A DNA stretch of 64,000 nt from an uncultured virus (IMG/VR IMGVR_UViG_3300042891_001399) (IMGVR_UViG_3300042891_001399); one strand, 5' to 3'; positions 9,050-18,837 are shown, numbered from the stretch's first letter. The notes: a model not told the origin generated them from the sequence alone. Program-made: numbers and translations.

Positions 9050-10210
9050 ATGATTTTCAATTTTAACAAATTTATTAATGAAGAAATAAGCATCTCAAAG
9101 CTGGATGATGCCACATTACAAGATACAAAGAATCAACTGATGTATAGACTCGGTGAATACCGTACTTATATACTTGCAAATATTCACTACAATGGTCTTA
9201 CTAATAAGATAGAGTATAAAAACTTTGACAGAATTGATATCAAAGTTATTATGAGAGAATTGGTTAATGAATACACTCAGGAATTTGTTAATGAATTAAA
9301 TATTGAGGCTTTTCTTAGAAAGATTAATCAAATCTTGGATCTAAGAAAAAGAAATACTAAGAAAAAAGTAAGAGAAGAATTTGATGAATACTATCAAACA
9401 ATTGAAGATAGAATTGACCAAATTAAAAATGCTGGAACATCATCAGGTGTAGAAGAATTTGAAATTCCAGGTGGCGAAGGCTCAATTCTTCCAAGAAAGC
9501 AATATGAGTCTGAAAAGTACCAAATACAAGTTGAATTATTAAAGTTACAAGAATGGGTTATTAAAAACAACAAGAAAGTGGCTATTGTATTTGAAGGTAG
9601 AGATTCTGCTGGTAAAGGCTCAACAATCAAAAGATTTACAGAATATCTTAATCCAAGAGGATTCAAAGTTGTTGCTTTAGGCTTACCAACTGATGAAGAA
9701 AAGAAAAATTGGTTTGGAAGATATGAAAAACATTTACCTAATCCAGGTGAAATAGTTTTCTTTGATAGAAGTTGGTATAATAGAGCTGTTGTAGAACCTG
9801 CTATGGGTTACTGTACAGAAGAACAATACACTGATTTTATGAATAAGGTTATTCCTTGGGAAGAAAAACTTATAAGTGATGGAGTCATTCTAATTAAGTT
9901 TTGGTTCTCTATTACACAAGAAAAGCAAATCAAAAGATTTGAATTAAGACAACAAAGTCCTCTTAAATACTGGAAGTTTTCTCCAAATGATGCTAAAGTA
10001 TTAGATAAATGGGAAGTTATAGGAAACTTCAAAAATCAAATGTTTAATAAAACATCAAGTAGAATGTCACCTTGGGTTATTATTAATTCAAATGATAAAA
10101 AAATTGGTAGATTGAATGCGATGAGATACGTTCTTTCAGTAATTAATTACGATGATAAGAATCCATCAATTTCAGAATACTATCCAGAGGTGGTTACTAT
10201 TTTAAAATAA
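9050..10210 (+). CDS. ppk2: Polyphosphate kinase 2 (class I-like) with long N-terminal extension and capsid-targeting-like leader
   Basis: FEGRDSAGKGS Walker A, LNPRG, FDRSWYNRA, PLKYWK; N-terminus MIFNFNKFINEE. Confidence 0.92.
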   Translation: MIFNFNKFINEEISISKLDDATLQDTKNQLMYRLGEYRTYILANIHYNGLTNKIEYKNFDRIDIKVIMRELVNEYTQEFVNELNIEAFLRKINQILDLRKRNTKKKVREEFDEYYQTIEDRIDQIKNAGTSSGVEEFEIPGGEGSILPRKQYESEKYQIQVELLKLQEWVIKNNKKVAIVFEGRDSAGKGSTIKRFTEYLNPRGFKVVALGLPTDEEKKNWFGRYEKHLPNPGEIVFFDRSWYNRAVVEPAMGYCTEEQYTDFMNKVIPWEEKLISDGVILIKFWFSITQEKQIKRFELRQQSPLKYWKFSPNDAKVLDKWEVIGNFKNQMFNKTSSRMSPWVIINSNDKKIGRLNAMRYVLSVINYDDKNPSISEYYPEVVTILK

Positions 10211-10244
10211 TATATTAATATATAAAAAAAATTAAAAACTGAAT

Positions 10245-10838
10245 ATGAGTATTAAATCATTTAATTCGTTTAATGAAGCAAAAGGTGAAAAGTGGATCCA
10301 AGATGCTATCAAAAATCCAGGAGCTTTGAAAAAGTCTATGGGTAAAAAAGAAGGTGAGAAAATCTCTAAATCAGAGATTAATGCTGAATTATCTAAGTTA
10401 AAAGCTAAAGATAAAGATCCTAAGAAGCCAGGTGCACAATTAGGAAAAAAAGACGCTACTAAGAAAAGAAGATTAGAGTTAGCTAAAACATTAAGTTCAT
10501 TAAAAGAACATAATGAAACATCTAATTATATGTTCTTTGGTAACTTAGAAACAATGAAAAGACTTATTGATGAGTTATTAACTATGGATGAGTCTCAAAT
10601 TGATGCTATCTTAAACGAGCACGATTGGGCTTCCGATCATATTTCAGTTGCAACTGAAAATTTAGAACAAGTGTTTGACTTTCTAGCTGGACATAATTCA
10701 CCAAATCATGATGAATTTCAACATGAAGAAGAACCAATGGTGATGAGTCATGACCAACATGAAGAAGAACCAATAATGAATCAGGAAGAAGAAAAGGAAG
10801 AAGGTGGAATTAAATCATACCAAGACTTTCAATCTTAA
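10245..10838 (+). CDS. Hypothetical head-associated protein (basic domain plus acidic tail)
   Basis: Leader MSIKSFNSFNE, duplicated QHEEEP, C-terminal IKSYQDF, TAATATATA at 10216. Confidence 0.7.
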   Translation: MSIKSFNSFNEAKGEKWIQDAIKNPGALKKSMGKKEGEKISKSEINAELSKLKAKDKDPKKPGAQLGKKDATKKRRLELAKTLSSLKEHNETSNYMFFGNLETMKRLIDELLTMDESQIDAILNEHDWASDHISVATENLEQVFDFLAGHNSPNHDEFQHEEEPMVMSHDQHEEEPIMNQEEEKEEGGIKSYQDFQS

Positions 10839-10855
10839 AAAATAATATAGTAAAA

Positions 10856-11452
10856 ATGAGTTACACAAGAGAACAAGTTGAAGCAGCAGTAAAAGCAAAA
10901 GGTTACGTTTGGTTTGAAGATGCTTCCAATAAAGGGTTTGATGTTAATATTGTAGGTATTAGAAATTCATCAACTGGACAAAAAGTTACAAATGCCTTTG
11001 ATGATACCTTAACAATATCTTACAAAGAAAATGGAGTATGGAAATTTCACTCTTGGTCAGCTACAACTGACCCAGGTAAAAAAGGAGTTTTAGAATATCA
11101 CAATGCTGCAGGTGTTGCTAGATTAGTAGAAGGTCAATATCGTGGTTCACACGGAATTGGTTTACACCAAGGTAAATATGAAGCTTTGAAGCAAGCTAAA
11201 AACGTAAAAGTTTATAGAGATGCTGATAAAGATATGGAGTATGATGAAAATAAAATACAAGAAGGTATTTTTGGTATTAATATTCACAAAGCTGGTGTTG
11301 ATTCAACTTATGTTGAGAACTGGTCTGAAGGATGTCAAGTATTCAAAAGGTCTGCTGACTTTGATGCGTTTATGGTTATCTGTAATAAATCAAAAAATAT
11401 TCACGGAAACTCATTCACATATACATTAATAGAATCTTCGGATATTGTTTAA
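10856..11452 (+). CDS. YkuD/L,D-transpeptidase-like putative peptidoglycan hydrolase
   Basis: GINIHKAG...NWSEGCQV has the H...SxGC catalytic arrangement. Confidence 0.65.
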   Translation: MSYTREQVEAAVKAKGYVWFEDASNKGFDVNIVGIRNSSTGQKVTNAFDDTLTISYKENGVWKFHSWSATTDPGKKGVLEYHNAAGVARLVEGQYRGSHGIGLHQGKYEALKQAKNVKVYRDADKDMEYDENKIQEGIFGINIHKAGVDSTYVENWSEGCQVFKRSADFDAFMVICNKSKNIHGNSFTYTLIESSDIV

Positions 11453-11471
11453 TTATAAAATTATTAAAATC

Positions 11472-11501
11472 AAACCTCTTAGATTTCTAAGAGGTTTTTT
11501 T
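11472..11501 (+). terminator. Intrinsic terminator
   Basis: AAACCTCTTAGA-TT-TCTAAGAGG-T7. Confidence 0.8.
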
Positions 11502-11542
11502 ATGCAAAATAAACAAATACAATTTTATTTCATAAAAGTATT

Positions 11543-11983
11543 ATGAAGGAAATTGACGAATTTTTACAATTCTTACTAGATCATGAATCAGATGAAAGAA
11601 TCAGTTTTAATAAAAAAATGAAATATGGTTATAGATACTACTATGTCAATTTTAATATAGATGAAAAGCCTGAAGAAGAGGGAAAAAATCAATCTTATCC
11701 ACATTCTTTAAGAGGTTATAGAATTACTGATTCAATTGAAATAACTATAGATAATAGAAATGATTGTGTTGAATTACAATATGATAATAGTATGGAAAAT
11801 ATTATCATAGAAGATAAAAAATTAGTAGACAAGTGGAGCAACATCTTAGAAGAATATATAAACAAGGATGTTTCTACAAAAGTAAAAAATGTTATAGAAA
11901 ATGCTTTAAGTTCTTGTTATAATAAGAGCTTACATAGAACGTATCAAATGAAAAAAATATTACCAGAAGATGAATCTTTATAG
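11543..11983 (+). CDS. Hypothetical protein
   Basis: 146 aa ORF overlapping the uvsY start; ends RTYQMKKIL. Confidence 0.7.
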   Translation: MKEIDEFLQFLLDHESDERISFNKKMKYGYRYYYVNFNIDEKPEEEGKNQSYPHSLRGYRITDSIEITIDNRNDCVELQYDNSMENIIIEDKKLVDKWSNILEEYINKDVSTKVKNVIENALSSCYNKSLHRTYQMKKILPEDESL

Positions 11984-12464
11984 CCAAGACGAAATAGATA
12001 GAATAACCAAGGTTAAAGAAACTAATGATAAATTGGAAGAGTTCTTTAATGATAAAAGAACTGAGTGGAATAAAACAGTTGAGCCCCTTTTCAAAGTTTT
12101 AGCTGTTGATTTATCAAATCCTTCAAACTCTAAAGAGATTTTAAATGCTCAGTCTTTGGCTTTAACTCATAGACAACAAATTAACGAACAAGTTAACTTC
12201 TTTTTAAATAAAAGAAGTAAAGAAACTACTAAGATTAAGAAATTAAGACAAGACAAGTTTGTATTTTATGCTACTGGATTTGGTATTAAAACAAATTTAG
12301 GAGAAAAAGGAATTCTCATTGATGGTCACTTAGCTGAAAATGACAGATGTATTGAATTGATTGAATCTTATATTGAATTTTTAAGAGATACTGTTAGAAA
12401 CTTAGAATCATTAGGATTTTCAATTAAGAATATGATTGAGTTAATGAACTATCTTGGTAGATAA
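11970..12464 (+). CDS. uvsY: UvsY-like recombination mediator
   Basis: Helical 164 aa protein ending IEFLRDTVRNLESLGFSIKNMIEL, like the T4 UvsY C-terminus (RGFAIKHI). Confidence 0.7.
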   Translation: MNLYSQDEIDRITKVKETNDKLEEFFNDKRTEWNKTVEPLFKVLAVDLSNPSNSKEILNAQSLALTHRQQINEQVNFFLNKRSKETTKIKKLRQDKFVFYATGFGIKTNLGEKGILIDGHLAENDRCIELIESYIEFLRDTVRNLESLGFSIKNMIELMNYLGR

Positions 12465-13592
12465 TTAGTCTTTTAACTTTTTACCAATTTTAGTTTTGAT
12501 ATCAGCTTCTTCAAGTTTTTCAAGACCTAAACCACACTCGCTACAAAACTCTTCAGAATATTTAAGAATTACATCACCATCACAATTTGAACAAACTTCA
12601 CACTCACCAGATACAGAGTGTAAGAAGTAACAATCTTTTGATGGTATATTAGATAAATCACCCATTTTCTTACTCAAGAAGCACATAGTATCTATGAATG
12701 GGTAGTTTTTGAAATCCCCATCTAATTTTACTTTAACCTCGCCCATTAAAGATTTACCTTTATACATAAAATTAACATTATCTTCAACATAACTATTATT
12801 TTTAAGTTTATAAAGGAATCCCTTTTCTTCAGCAAGTTGTTTGAACTTAATTACATCAGAATCCGCATTAGTATAAACTCTATCCATAAAGTATTTAGCC
12901 TCGCAAGGAGATTCTTTTAATTTCCAAACTAAAGCACGACCGTGTATTTTACCATCACCGTCAATTAAAATAAGTAATTGTACTTTTTTTGGATTCTCTG
13001 TATAAACTCTGAATGTACTTTTATTCTCATCGGCCATACAAGATCCACCTAAAGCACCATGAGATGAAAAATAATTTTTCATCTGATAATACTTGTGAAT
13101 ATCTTCACCATTAACTAATTTAAATTCTCTTGTAGTATCTACTTTTAAAGCCTTAAAAGCATTAACAAAATCTTCATAATCTTTATCTTTTATAGATGAA
13201 TCTATTTTATCAGATATTTCAGCTATTTTAAGCAAAGCTCTTATAATTCTACCAATTTTAATTTCATTTCTACCAGCAACATTGTAGGGTAAAGCAGGAT
13301 CATCATCTTGGTTCCAATCTTTTGGAACTTTATTTGAAGGTAAAAAAGAAACAGTGTCATCTTTATCAGTTAAATCAAAGAAATTTTGTTTAGTGTCGCT
13401 ATCATCTAACCAATCTTCCTCCTGGATAGTATCAATAATGGCTGTAGCTATTTCACCAACAGAACCTTTCATATTAGACATCTTTGTTAACTTAACCATA
13501 AGCTCACTTGATGCGTATAGATTATCTTCATTAAGAGAAAATAACTCAACTTTTAGTTGTTGTAATAAAAAACCATTATATCCTTTTATCAT
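12465..13592 (-). CDS. Uncharacterised phage protein of the SCM...RALxW...MDRxY family (paralog of 28672-30564)
   Basis: LGGSCM, GRALVWKL, FMDRVYT, YPFIDT; C-terminal CxxC pairs. Confidence 0.75.
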   Translation of the reverse strand: MIKGYNGFLLQQLKVELFSLNEDNLYASSELMVKLTKMSNMKGSVGEIATAIIDTIQEEDWLDDSDTKQNFFDLTDKDDTVSFLPSNKVPKDWNQDDDPALPYNVAGRNEIKIGRIIRALLKIAEISDKIDSSIKDKDYEDFVNAFKALKVDTTREFKLVNGEDIHKYYQMKNYFSSHGALGGSCMADENKSTFRVYTENPKKVQLLILIDGDGKIHGRALVWKLKESPCEAKYFMDRVYTNADSDVIKFKQLAEEKGFLYKLKNNSYVEDNVNFMYKGKSLMGEVKVKLDGDFKNYPFIDTMCFLSKKMGDLSNIPSKDCYFLHSVSGECEVCSNCDGDVILKYSEEFCSECGLGLEKLEEADIKTKIGKKLKD

Positions 13593-13628
13593 ATAAGTAT
13601 ATATTAATTTTAAAATATCTTTTATAAT

Positions 13629-13955
13629 ATGAGAAAGTTTTTAGTCAAAGAAGATGTCACATTTTTCGCAACAACAATATTCACAAAAGGTGAAACTATT
13701 GAGTTAGAAGATTATTATAACGTTGATAAAGGTGATATTAAATTTCCATTAGGACTTGCTGAAATTCTAAGTGATAAAAGATTTCAAGAAATAGTAGAAC
13801 CAAAACAAGAATTAAATTTTGAAGTTCAAGAATTAACAGAAGATGAAGAATTAGAAGTTAAAAAGTTTAGAATTCAGTTAGATGTGGTAACAAATAGAAA
13901 GAAGTTAAGAGAAATAGAAAATTTTATGCGAAAAACACTTGAAGAAATGTTATAA
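13629..13955 (+). CDS. Hypothetical protein
   Basis: 108 aa ORF directly upstream of the NAD genes. Confidence 0.65.
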   Translation: MRKFLVKEDVTFFATTIFTKGETIELEDYYNVDKGDIKFPLGLAEILSDKRFQEIVEPKQELNFEVQELTEDEELEVKKFRIQLDVVTNRKKLREIENFMRKTLEEML

Positions 13956-13968
13956 TTTCGTATATTTG
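13938..13968 (+). promoter_or_regulatory. Bacteroidetes-type promoter for nadM-nudix
   Basis: cTTG 13938-13941, 19 nt spacer, TATATTTG 13961-13968. Confidence 0.6.
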
Positions 13969-13988
13969 TAAATAAATCTATAATTATA

Positions 13989-14888
13989 ATGGACAAATCA
14001 TATACAATAGGATCGTTAGTCGGAAGATTTCAAGTTCATGAACTTCATGAAGCTCATCACTACTTAATAGACCAAGTAGTTAAGAATCATAAAAAAGTAA
14101 TTCTATTTCTTGGTGTACCTAAAGTAGTCGGCACAAAGAAAAATCCTTTAGATTTTGAATCTCGTAAGAAAATGATTCAACATCATTATCCAGAAATTGT
14201 TATTCTTGCTCTGCCCGACTTTGGTGATGATAAAAGATGGTCACATGAATTAGATAAAAGAATTCGTGAAGTCTATGCTGTAGGTGATGTCCTTATGTAT
14301 GGTGGTAGAGACTCATTTATTCCTTATTATAAAAAAGGTGGCGGTCAATTTGATTGTCAAGAATTAGACCAATATACTTTTGTATCTGGTACAGAAGTTA
14401 GAAAAATGGTTTCATCTGAAGTTAAGGACTCTGCTGATTTCAGAGCCGGTGTTATTTATCAATCTTATAATCAATATCCTAAAGTACATCCTTGTGTAGA
14501 TATTGCCATTATGGAAAATGATAATGTGCTTTTAGCTAGAAGACCTTATGAAGATGCTTGGAGATTTATTGGCGGTTTTGCTAAACCAACAGATACAAGT
14601 TATGAACACACAGCTCGTAGAAAAGTAAGCGAAGATGTTGGTGGTAATTTAGAAATCACCGACTTAAAGTATATTGGTAGTGTTCAAGTTCCAGATTGGA
14701 GATACCAAAGTGAAGAAGATAAAATTATGACTATCCTTTATAAAACAAAAAAAGGATGGGGTAGAATTGAACCATCTGATGATGTATCAGAATTGAAATG
14801 GTTTGATACAAAAGAACTTGAAAAAGTTGAAATTGTTAAAGAACACAAAGTTTTAATGACAATGTTTTTAGAAGACTTAAAAAAATAA
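13989..14888 (+). CDS. nadM: Bifunctional NMN adenylyltransferase / Nudix (NadM-Nudix)
   Basis: VGRFQ..LHEAH (HxGH-like), KNPL, SGTEVR; Nudix-like GGFAKPTDTSYEHTARRKVSEDVG, SDD. Confidence 0.88.
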   Translation: MDKSYTIGSLVGRFQVHELHEAHHYLIDQVVKNHKKVILFLGVPKVVGTKKNPLDFESRKKMIQHHYPEIVILALPDFGDDKRWSHELDKRIREVYAVGDVLMYGGRDSFIPYYKKGGGQFDCQELDQYTFVSGTEVRKMVSSEVKDSADFRAGVIYQSYNQYPKVHPCVDIAIMENDNVLLARRPYEDAWRFIGGFAKPTDTSYEHTARRKVSEDVGGNLEITDLKYIGSVQVPDWRYQSEEDKIMTILYKTKKGWGRIEPSDDVSELKWFDTKELEKVEIVKEHKVLMTMFLEDLKK

Positions 14889-14894
14889 AAATAT

Positions 14895-15983
14895 ATGAAA
14901 GTAAACACCTCTCCTGTTACTTATTCATCAATCGTTGAGATTGGAGAACTAGCGGCAAAATTAGAAAAAGAAACTGGTGACAAATATCTTAAACTTCATC
15001 GTGGAGTTATGGATGTCACAACAATTGATTTGAACTCATTTGCTCAAAACATTGATTTCAATCAAAAGAAAATTCAACAATATGGTGGTAACGATGGTGA
15101 TGCCGGACTTATTGATACTATAAAAGATAAATTTCATCTTAATGATCATTATGTAATGACTGTTCCTGGTGGAATGGCTACATTAGATGTTGTTATCAAC
15201 TCACTATCAGATAAAACATTCTGGGTTCCTAAATATCATTGGGGTTCTTGGAATAAAATTCTTACCATTCACGGTAAAGATATAAAAACATTTAATGATT
15301 TTGATATTAAGAGTGTTAAAGTTGGAGAAGGTGTTGTAATGTTATGCTATCCTTCAAATCCTACAGGATATGCTCCTAAATTTGAAGATTTGAAAGCATT
15401 TGCTGATGTTTGTAAAGAAAAAGGTCAAACTCTTATCTTAGACTTACCATACTATTACCTATTTAATGATATGTCTGATAAAATCTATGAACTTTATTCA
15501 GACAACGTAATTGTTATTTCTTCATTCTCTAAATCAGTTGGTTTATCAGGGTTGAGAATTGGTTATATTGCTACTAAGAATAAAGAATTATATGATACTA
15601 TGAAGATTCGCTCTTTATATAAGTATAACTCTATTTCAACAGTTCCACAAGAGATTATCAATCAACTTCTTACTTCTAATCAAGGTCGGACAGCATTTGA
15701 TAATTATAGAATGAAAACTAAAGCAGAAATCACAAAGAATATTAAATACTTATCTGATAATGGTTTGTTATTTGATGAATATACAGATATTCCAACCGGA
15801 CCATTCGCTATCATCAATAAAACATTTGATGAATTACTTTCTGCTAAAATTTCAAGTGTTCCTTTGAATAAGTTCACATTCAAAAACACTGAAGAACATT
15901 TGAAAAATGTATCAAGAATTTCTGTATCAGTAGACCATAATTTATTTGTGGAATATTTTGATAGATTGATAAAAAATTCGTAA
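14895..15983 (+). CDS. PLP-dependent aminotransferase class I/II
   Basis: YPSNPTG, ILDLPY, SSFSKSVGLSGLRIGY, C-terminal RIS. Confidence 0.85.
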   Translation: MKVNTSPVTYSSIVEIGELAAKLEKETGDKYLKLHRGVMDVTTIDLNSFAQNIDFNQKKIQQYGGNDGDAGLIDTIKDKFHLNDHYVMTVPGGMATLDVVINSLSDKTFWVPKYHWGSWNKILTIHGKDIKTFNDFDIKSVKVGEGVVMLCYPSNPTGYAPKFEDLKAFADVCKEKGQTLILDLPYYYLFNDMSDKIYELYSDNVIVISSFSKSVGLSGLRIGYIATKNKELYDTMKIRSLYKYNSISTVPQEIINQLLTSNQGRTAFDNYRMKTKAEITKNIKYLSDNGLLFDEYTDIPTGPFAIINKTFDELLSAKISSVPLNKFTFKNTEEHLKNVSRISVSVDHNLFVEYFDRLIKNS

Positions 15984-15988
15984 ATTTG
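15957..15988 (+). promoter_or_regulatory. Bacteroidetes-type promoter for NAMPT
   Basis: TTTG 15957-15960, 20 nt spacer, TAAATTTG 15981-15988. Confidence 0.7.
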
Positions 15989-16009
15989 TATAAAATAAAT
16001 CCCTAATTT

Positions 16010-17440
16010 ATGTATAATAATAACATTTTAACACTAACCGACAGTTATAAAACGTCACACTGGAAACAGTATCCGAAAGGAACATCAAAAGTTTACTCTT
16101 ATCTTGAATCAAGAGGTGGTAAATTTAACAACACAATGTTCTATGGTTTACAATACTTCATCAAACAATATTTGTCTGGTCAAGTTGTAACCGAAGAAAA
16201 AATTCAAAGAGCTAAGAAGTTCTGGGATGCTCACTTAGGACCTAACCACTTCAATGAAGCAGGTTGGAGACATATCTTAGACAAACACAACGGACATCTA
16301 CCAGTTCGTATCAAAGCAGTTCCAGAAGGAACAGTAGTTAAAACAGGAAACGTTCTTGTTGCAGTTGAAAACACTGACCCAGAAGTTCCTTGGTTGACTA
16401 ACTTCTTAGAAAGTATCTTACTTCAAGTTTGGTACCCAACCACAGTTGGTACTCTTTCAAGAGAAGTTAAGAAAAATCTTATCAACTATCTTAAAAAAAC
16501 AACATCTTACAACGCAGAAGAAATTAGTGGTGTAGTAGCTTTCATGTTACATGATTTCGGCTTCCGAGGTGTAAGTTCTGTAGAATCATCTGGTTTAGGT
16601 GGATCTTCTCATATCATCAACTTTATGGGAACTGACACTGTATCAGCTATCTTGTTCGCTCAAGAGTTCTACAATACTGAGAATCCACTAGCGTTCTCAA
16701 TTCCCGCTTCTGAGCACTCTACAATTACTTCTTGGGGCGAACCGTTTGAAGTAAAGGCAATGGAAAATATGTTAGACTCTTATCCTACAGGCTTAGTAGC
16801 TTGTGTATCTGACTCTTTTGATATCATCCGTGCTTGTAGAGATTATTGGGGAACAGCTTTAAGAGATAAAATCTTATCTCGTGACGGACGTTTAGTAATT
16901 CGTCCTGACTCAGGTGATCCAGTACAAACGCTAAAACAAATCTTCCATATTTTATGGGATAAGTTTGGTGGAACAACTAACGATAAAGGGTTCAAAGTAC
17001 TTGATCCACATGTTAGAGTAATCCAAGGTGATGGCGTTAATTTTGAATCTATTTCAGACATCTGTGATATGATGATTGAAGAAGGATTTTCAATTGAAAA
17101 CATTGCATTTGGAATGGGTGGCGCTCTTCTACAAAAAGTAGATAGAGATACTCAAAAATTCGCTTTCAAATGTTCTTCTATCACTATCAACGGTGAAGAA
17201 GCCGAAGTTCGTAAAAATCCAATTGAGATTAACGAGAAAGGCGAAAGAGTACAATCTTTCAAAAAGTCAAAAGCCGGTCGTTTGAAATTAGTAAATGGTC
17301 AAACCATTGAACACTCACACGATGAAGATGGAGACGAATTGGTTGAAGTATTCTTAAATGGTAAAGTCATGAAAGAATGGACGTTTGAGGAAGTTCGTGA
17401 ACGTGCTCAAGTTGAAATTCAAATTGAAGAAATGGCTTAA
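16010..17440 (+). CDS. nadV: Nicotinamide phosphoribosyltransferase (NAMPT)
   Basis: TDSYKTSH, LHDFGFRG, IPASEHS, VIRPDSGDP, IQGDG, FGMGGALLQ, RDT.KFAFK. Confidence 0.95.
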   Translation: MYNNNILTLTDSYKTSHWKQYPKGTSKVYSYLESRGGKFNNTMFYGLQYFIKQYLSGQVVTEEKIQRAKKFWDAHLGPNHFNEAGWRHILDKHNGHLPVRIKAVPEGTVVKTGNVLVAVENTDPEVPWLTNFLESILLQVWYPTTVGTLSREVKKNLINYLKKTTSYNAEEISGVVAFMLHDFGFRGVSSVESSGLGGSSHIINFMGTDTVSAILFAQEFYNTENPLAFSIPASEHSTITSWGEPFEVKAMENMLDSYPTGLVACVSDSFDIIRACRDYWGTALRDKILSRDGRLVIRPDSGDPVQTLKQIFHILWDKFGGTTNDKGFKVLDPHVRVIQGDGVNFESISDICDMMIEEGFSIENIAFGMGGALLQKVDRDTQKFAFKCSSITINGEEAEVRKNPIEINEKGERVQSFKKSKAGRLKLVNGQTIEHSHDEDGDELVEVFLNGKVMKEWTFEEVRERAQVEIQIEEMA

Positions 17441-17444
17441 AACT

Positions 17445-17476
17445 AAAAACCCTCTGAGAAATCAGAGGGTTTTTTT
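17445..17476. terminator. Bidirectional intrinsic terminator
   Basis: A5-CCCTCTGA-GAAA-TCAGAGGG-T7 between convergent genes. Confidence 0.85.
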
Positions 17477-17477
17477 A

Positions 17478-17870
17478 TTACATCAATCCACGATTGATTC
17501 TAAAATCTTTTTTATCGTCTTCTTCCATTTCTATATGTTCAGTATTCTTTAATTGTTCAACTAAATTATAAATTTGTTTACAAACCTCAGTTGATACTTC
17601 CATATACTTATCATTCATTTTCATATCACCACTGTAGCTTCCGAAGGGCGGGTGAAAACCATATTTTACATGAAATTTAAATCCATCCACTATAAATGAA
17701 TATCCACGATTCTCTGATATTAATAATTTAGCGATCCCTTCTGAGTTACCTTTTAATGATTTTAATTCTTTAAGAATTTCTAAAGCAATATCTTCGTCTT
17801 TCCACCAAGGATGGAATTTACGAACTGGTTTAGGAATTAAAAAAGCTTCAAATTTTTGTAAGTGTTTCAT
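17478..17870 (-). CDS. Hypothetical protein with capsid-targeting-like leader
   Basis: MKHLQKFEAF. Confidence 0.7.
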   Translation of the reverse strand: MKHLQKFEAFLIPKPVRKFHPWWKDEDIALEILKELKSLKGNSEGIAKLLISENRGYSFIVDGFKFHVKYGFHPPFGSYSGDMKMNDKYMEVSTEVCKQIYNLVEQLKNTEHIEMEEDDKKDFRINRGLM

Positions 17871-18271
17871 TATTTCTTTTTCTTTTTTCTTGCTTTTGCG
17901 GCTTTAGCCTTAGTCCATAAGTTAGCATCCGCTTTTCTAGCACCACCAGCACCAGTGATAAAACTATTCACTCTACCCATTCCCCATTGATGTTGAGCTA
18001 CGCCAGGTCTGTGACCAGCGTTCCAAGCTTGCATTCCTTTAGCAAATACTTTTCTTAAAATACCCATAGGAATTCCAGATGCTTTAGCTTTCTTTTTAAG
18101 AGAAGCTGTTACACCAGATGATTTATTTTCATGTAAATCTTCCTCTTCCTCAGAATATTCCTCTTCCTCTTCCTCAATATTTGAGAAGTCATTAGTTAAT
18201 TCATAATCATCACTTTCTAAATATTTAGAAAAGTCTTCAGATATTTCTGTAAAATTTAATAAGTATTTCAT
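17870..18271 (-). CDS. DUF5824-like protein (C-terminal part) with leader and acidic linker
   Basis: LKKKAKASGIP..ILRKVF.KGM.AW..GHRPG...QWGMGRVNSF. Confidence 0.6.
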   Translation of the reverse strand: MKYLLNFTEISEDFSKYLESDDYELTNDFSNIEEEEEEYSEEEEDLHENKSSGVTASLKKKAKASGIPMGILRKVFAKGMQAWNAGHRPGVAQHQWGMGRVNSFITGAGGARKADANLWTKAKAAKARKKKKK

Positions 18272-18285
18272 ATTATTATTTTATT

Positions 18286-18837
18286 TTATTTATCTCCAAA
18301 CATTCTTTGGTAAGCTTTTGTTGCTGCGGATTTTTTAGTTTTAACTCTTTTCCCTTCACCACCTTTACCACCGGTGTAATCAGCATCCCAGTCTTTTTTG
18401 TATTCCTTTTTACCTCTGAATGTATCAATTTCTTTTTTCATTTTACCTGGATTTTTAGTTAAATATTTTCCAGGAATTTTACGACCTTTATATCTTTGAG
18501 CCTTAACTCTCTCAGATATTCCTAAAATAGATTGAATATCCTTTTCAATGATTTCTAAACCCTCTTCAATAGATTCAACATTAGCTTGAAAGTCTATTTT
18601 ATCACCAGCCGTTTTTGTAACATGTAAATCATCAATATCAAAATCATATTTGATAGACAAGTCACCAGTTGAGAAAGTAACAGTTAGTTCGTGGTCATTT
18701 TTATTCTCCCATTCATAGATAATATTATTACCATCGGTAGCACCATCAACAAGATCTTTTAATTCTTGCATTTTTGCATCAATGAAACTTTCACTTTCTA
18801 CAAACTCTCTAATAAATTCATTCCATTTTTTAATCAT
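18286..18837 (-). CDS. Leader-bearing protein with basic C-terminal domain
   Basis: MIKKWNEFIRE; KIPGKYL...KTKKSAATKAYQRMFG; TAATATATA 4 nt from the ATG. Confidence 0.7.
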   Translation of the reverse strand: MIKKWNEFIREFVESESFIDAKMQELKDLVDGATDGNNIIYEWENKNDHELTVTFSTGDLSIKYDFDIDDLHVTKTAGDKIDFQANVESIEEGLEIIEKDIQSILGISERVKAQRYKGRKIPGKYLTKNPGKMKKEIDTFRGKKEYKKDWDADYTGGKGGEGKRVKTKKSAATKAYQRMFGDK

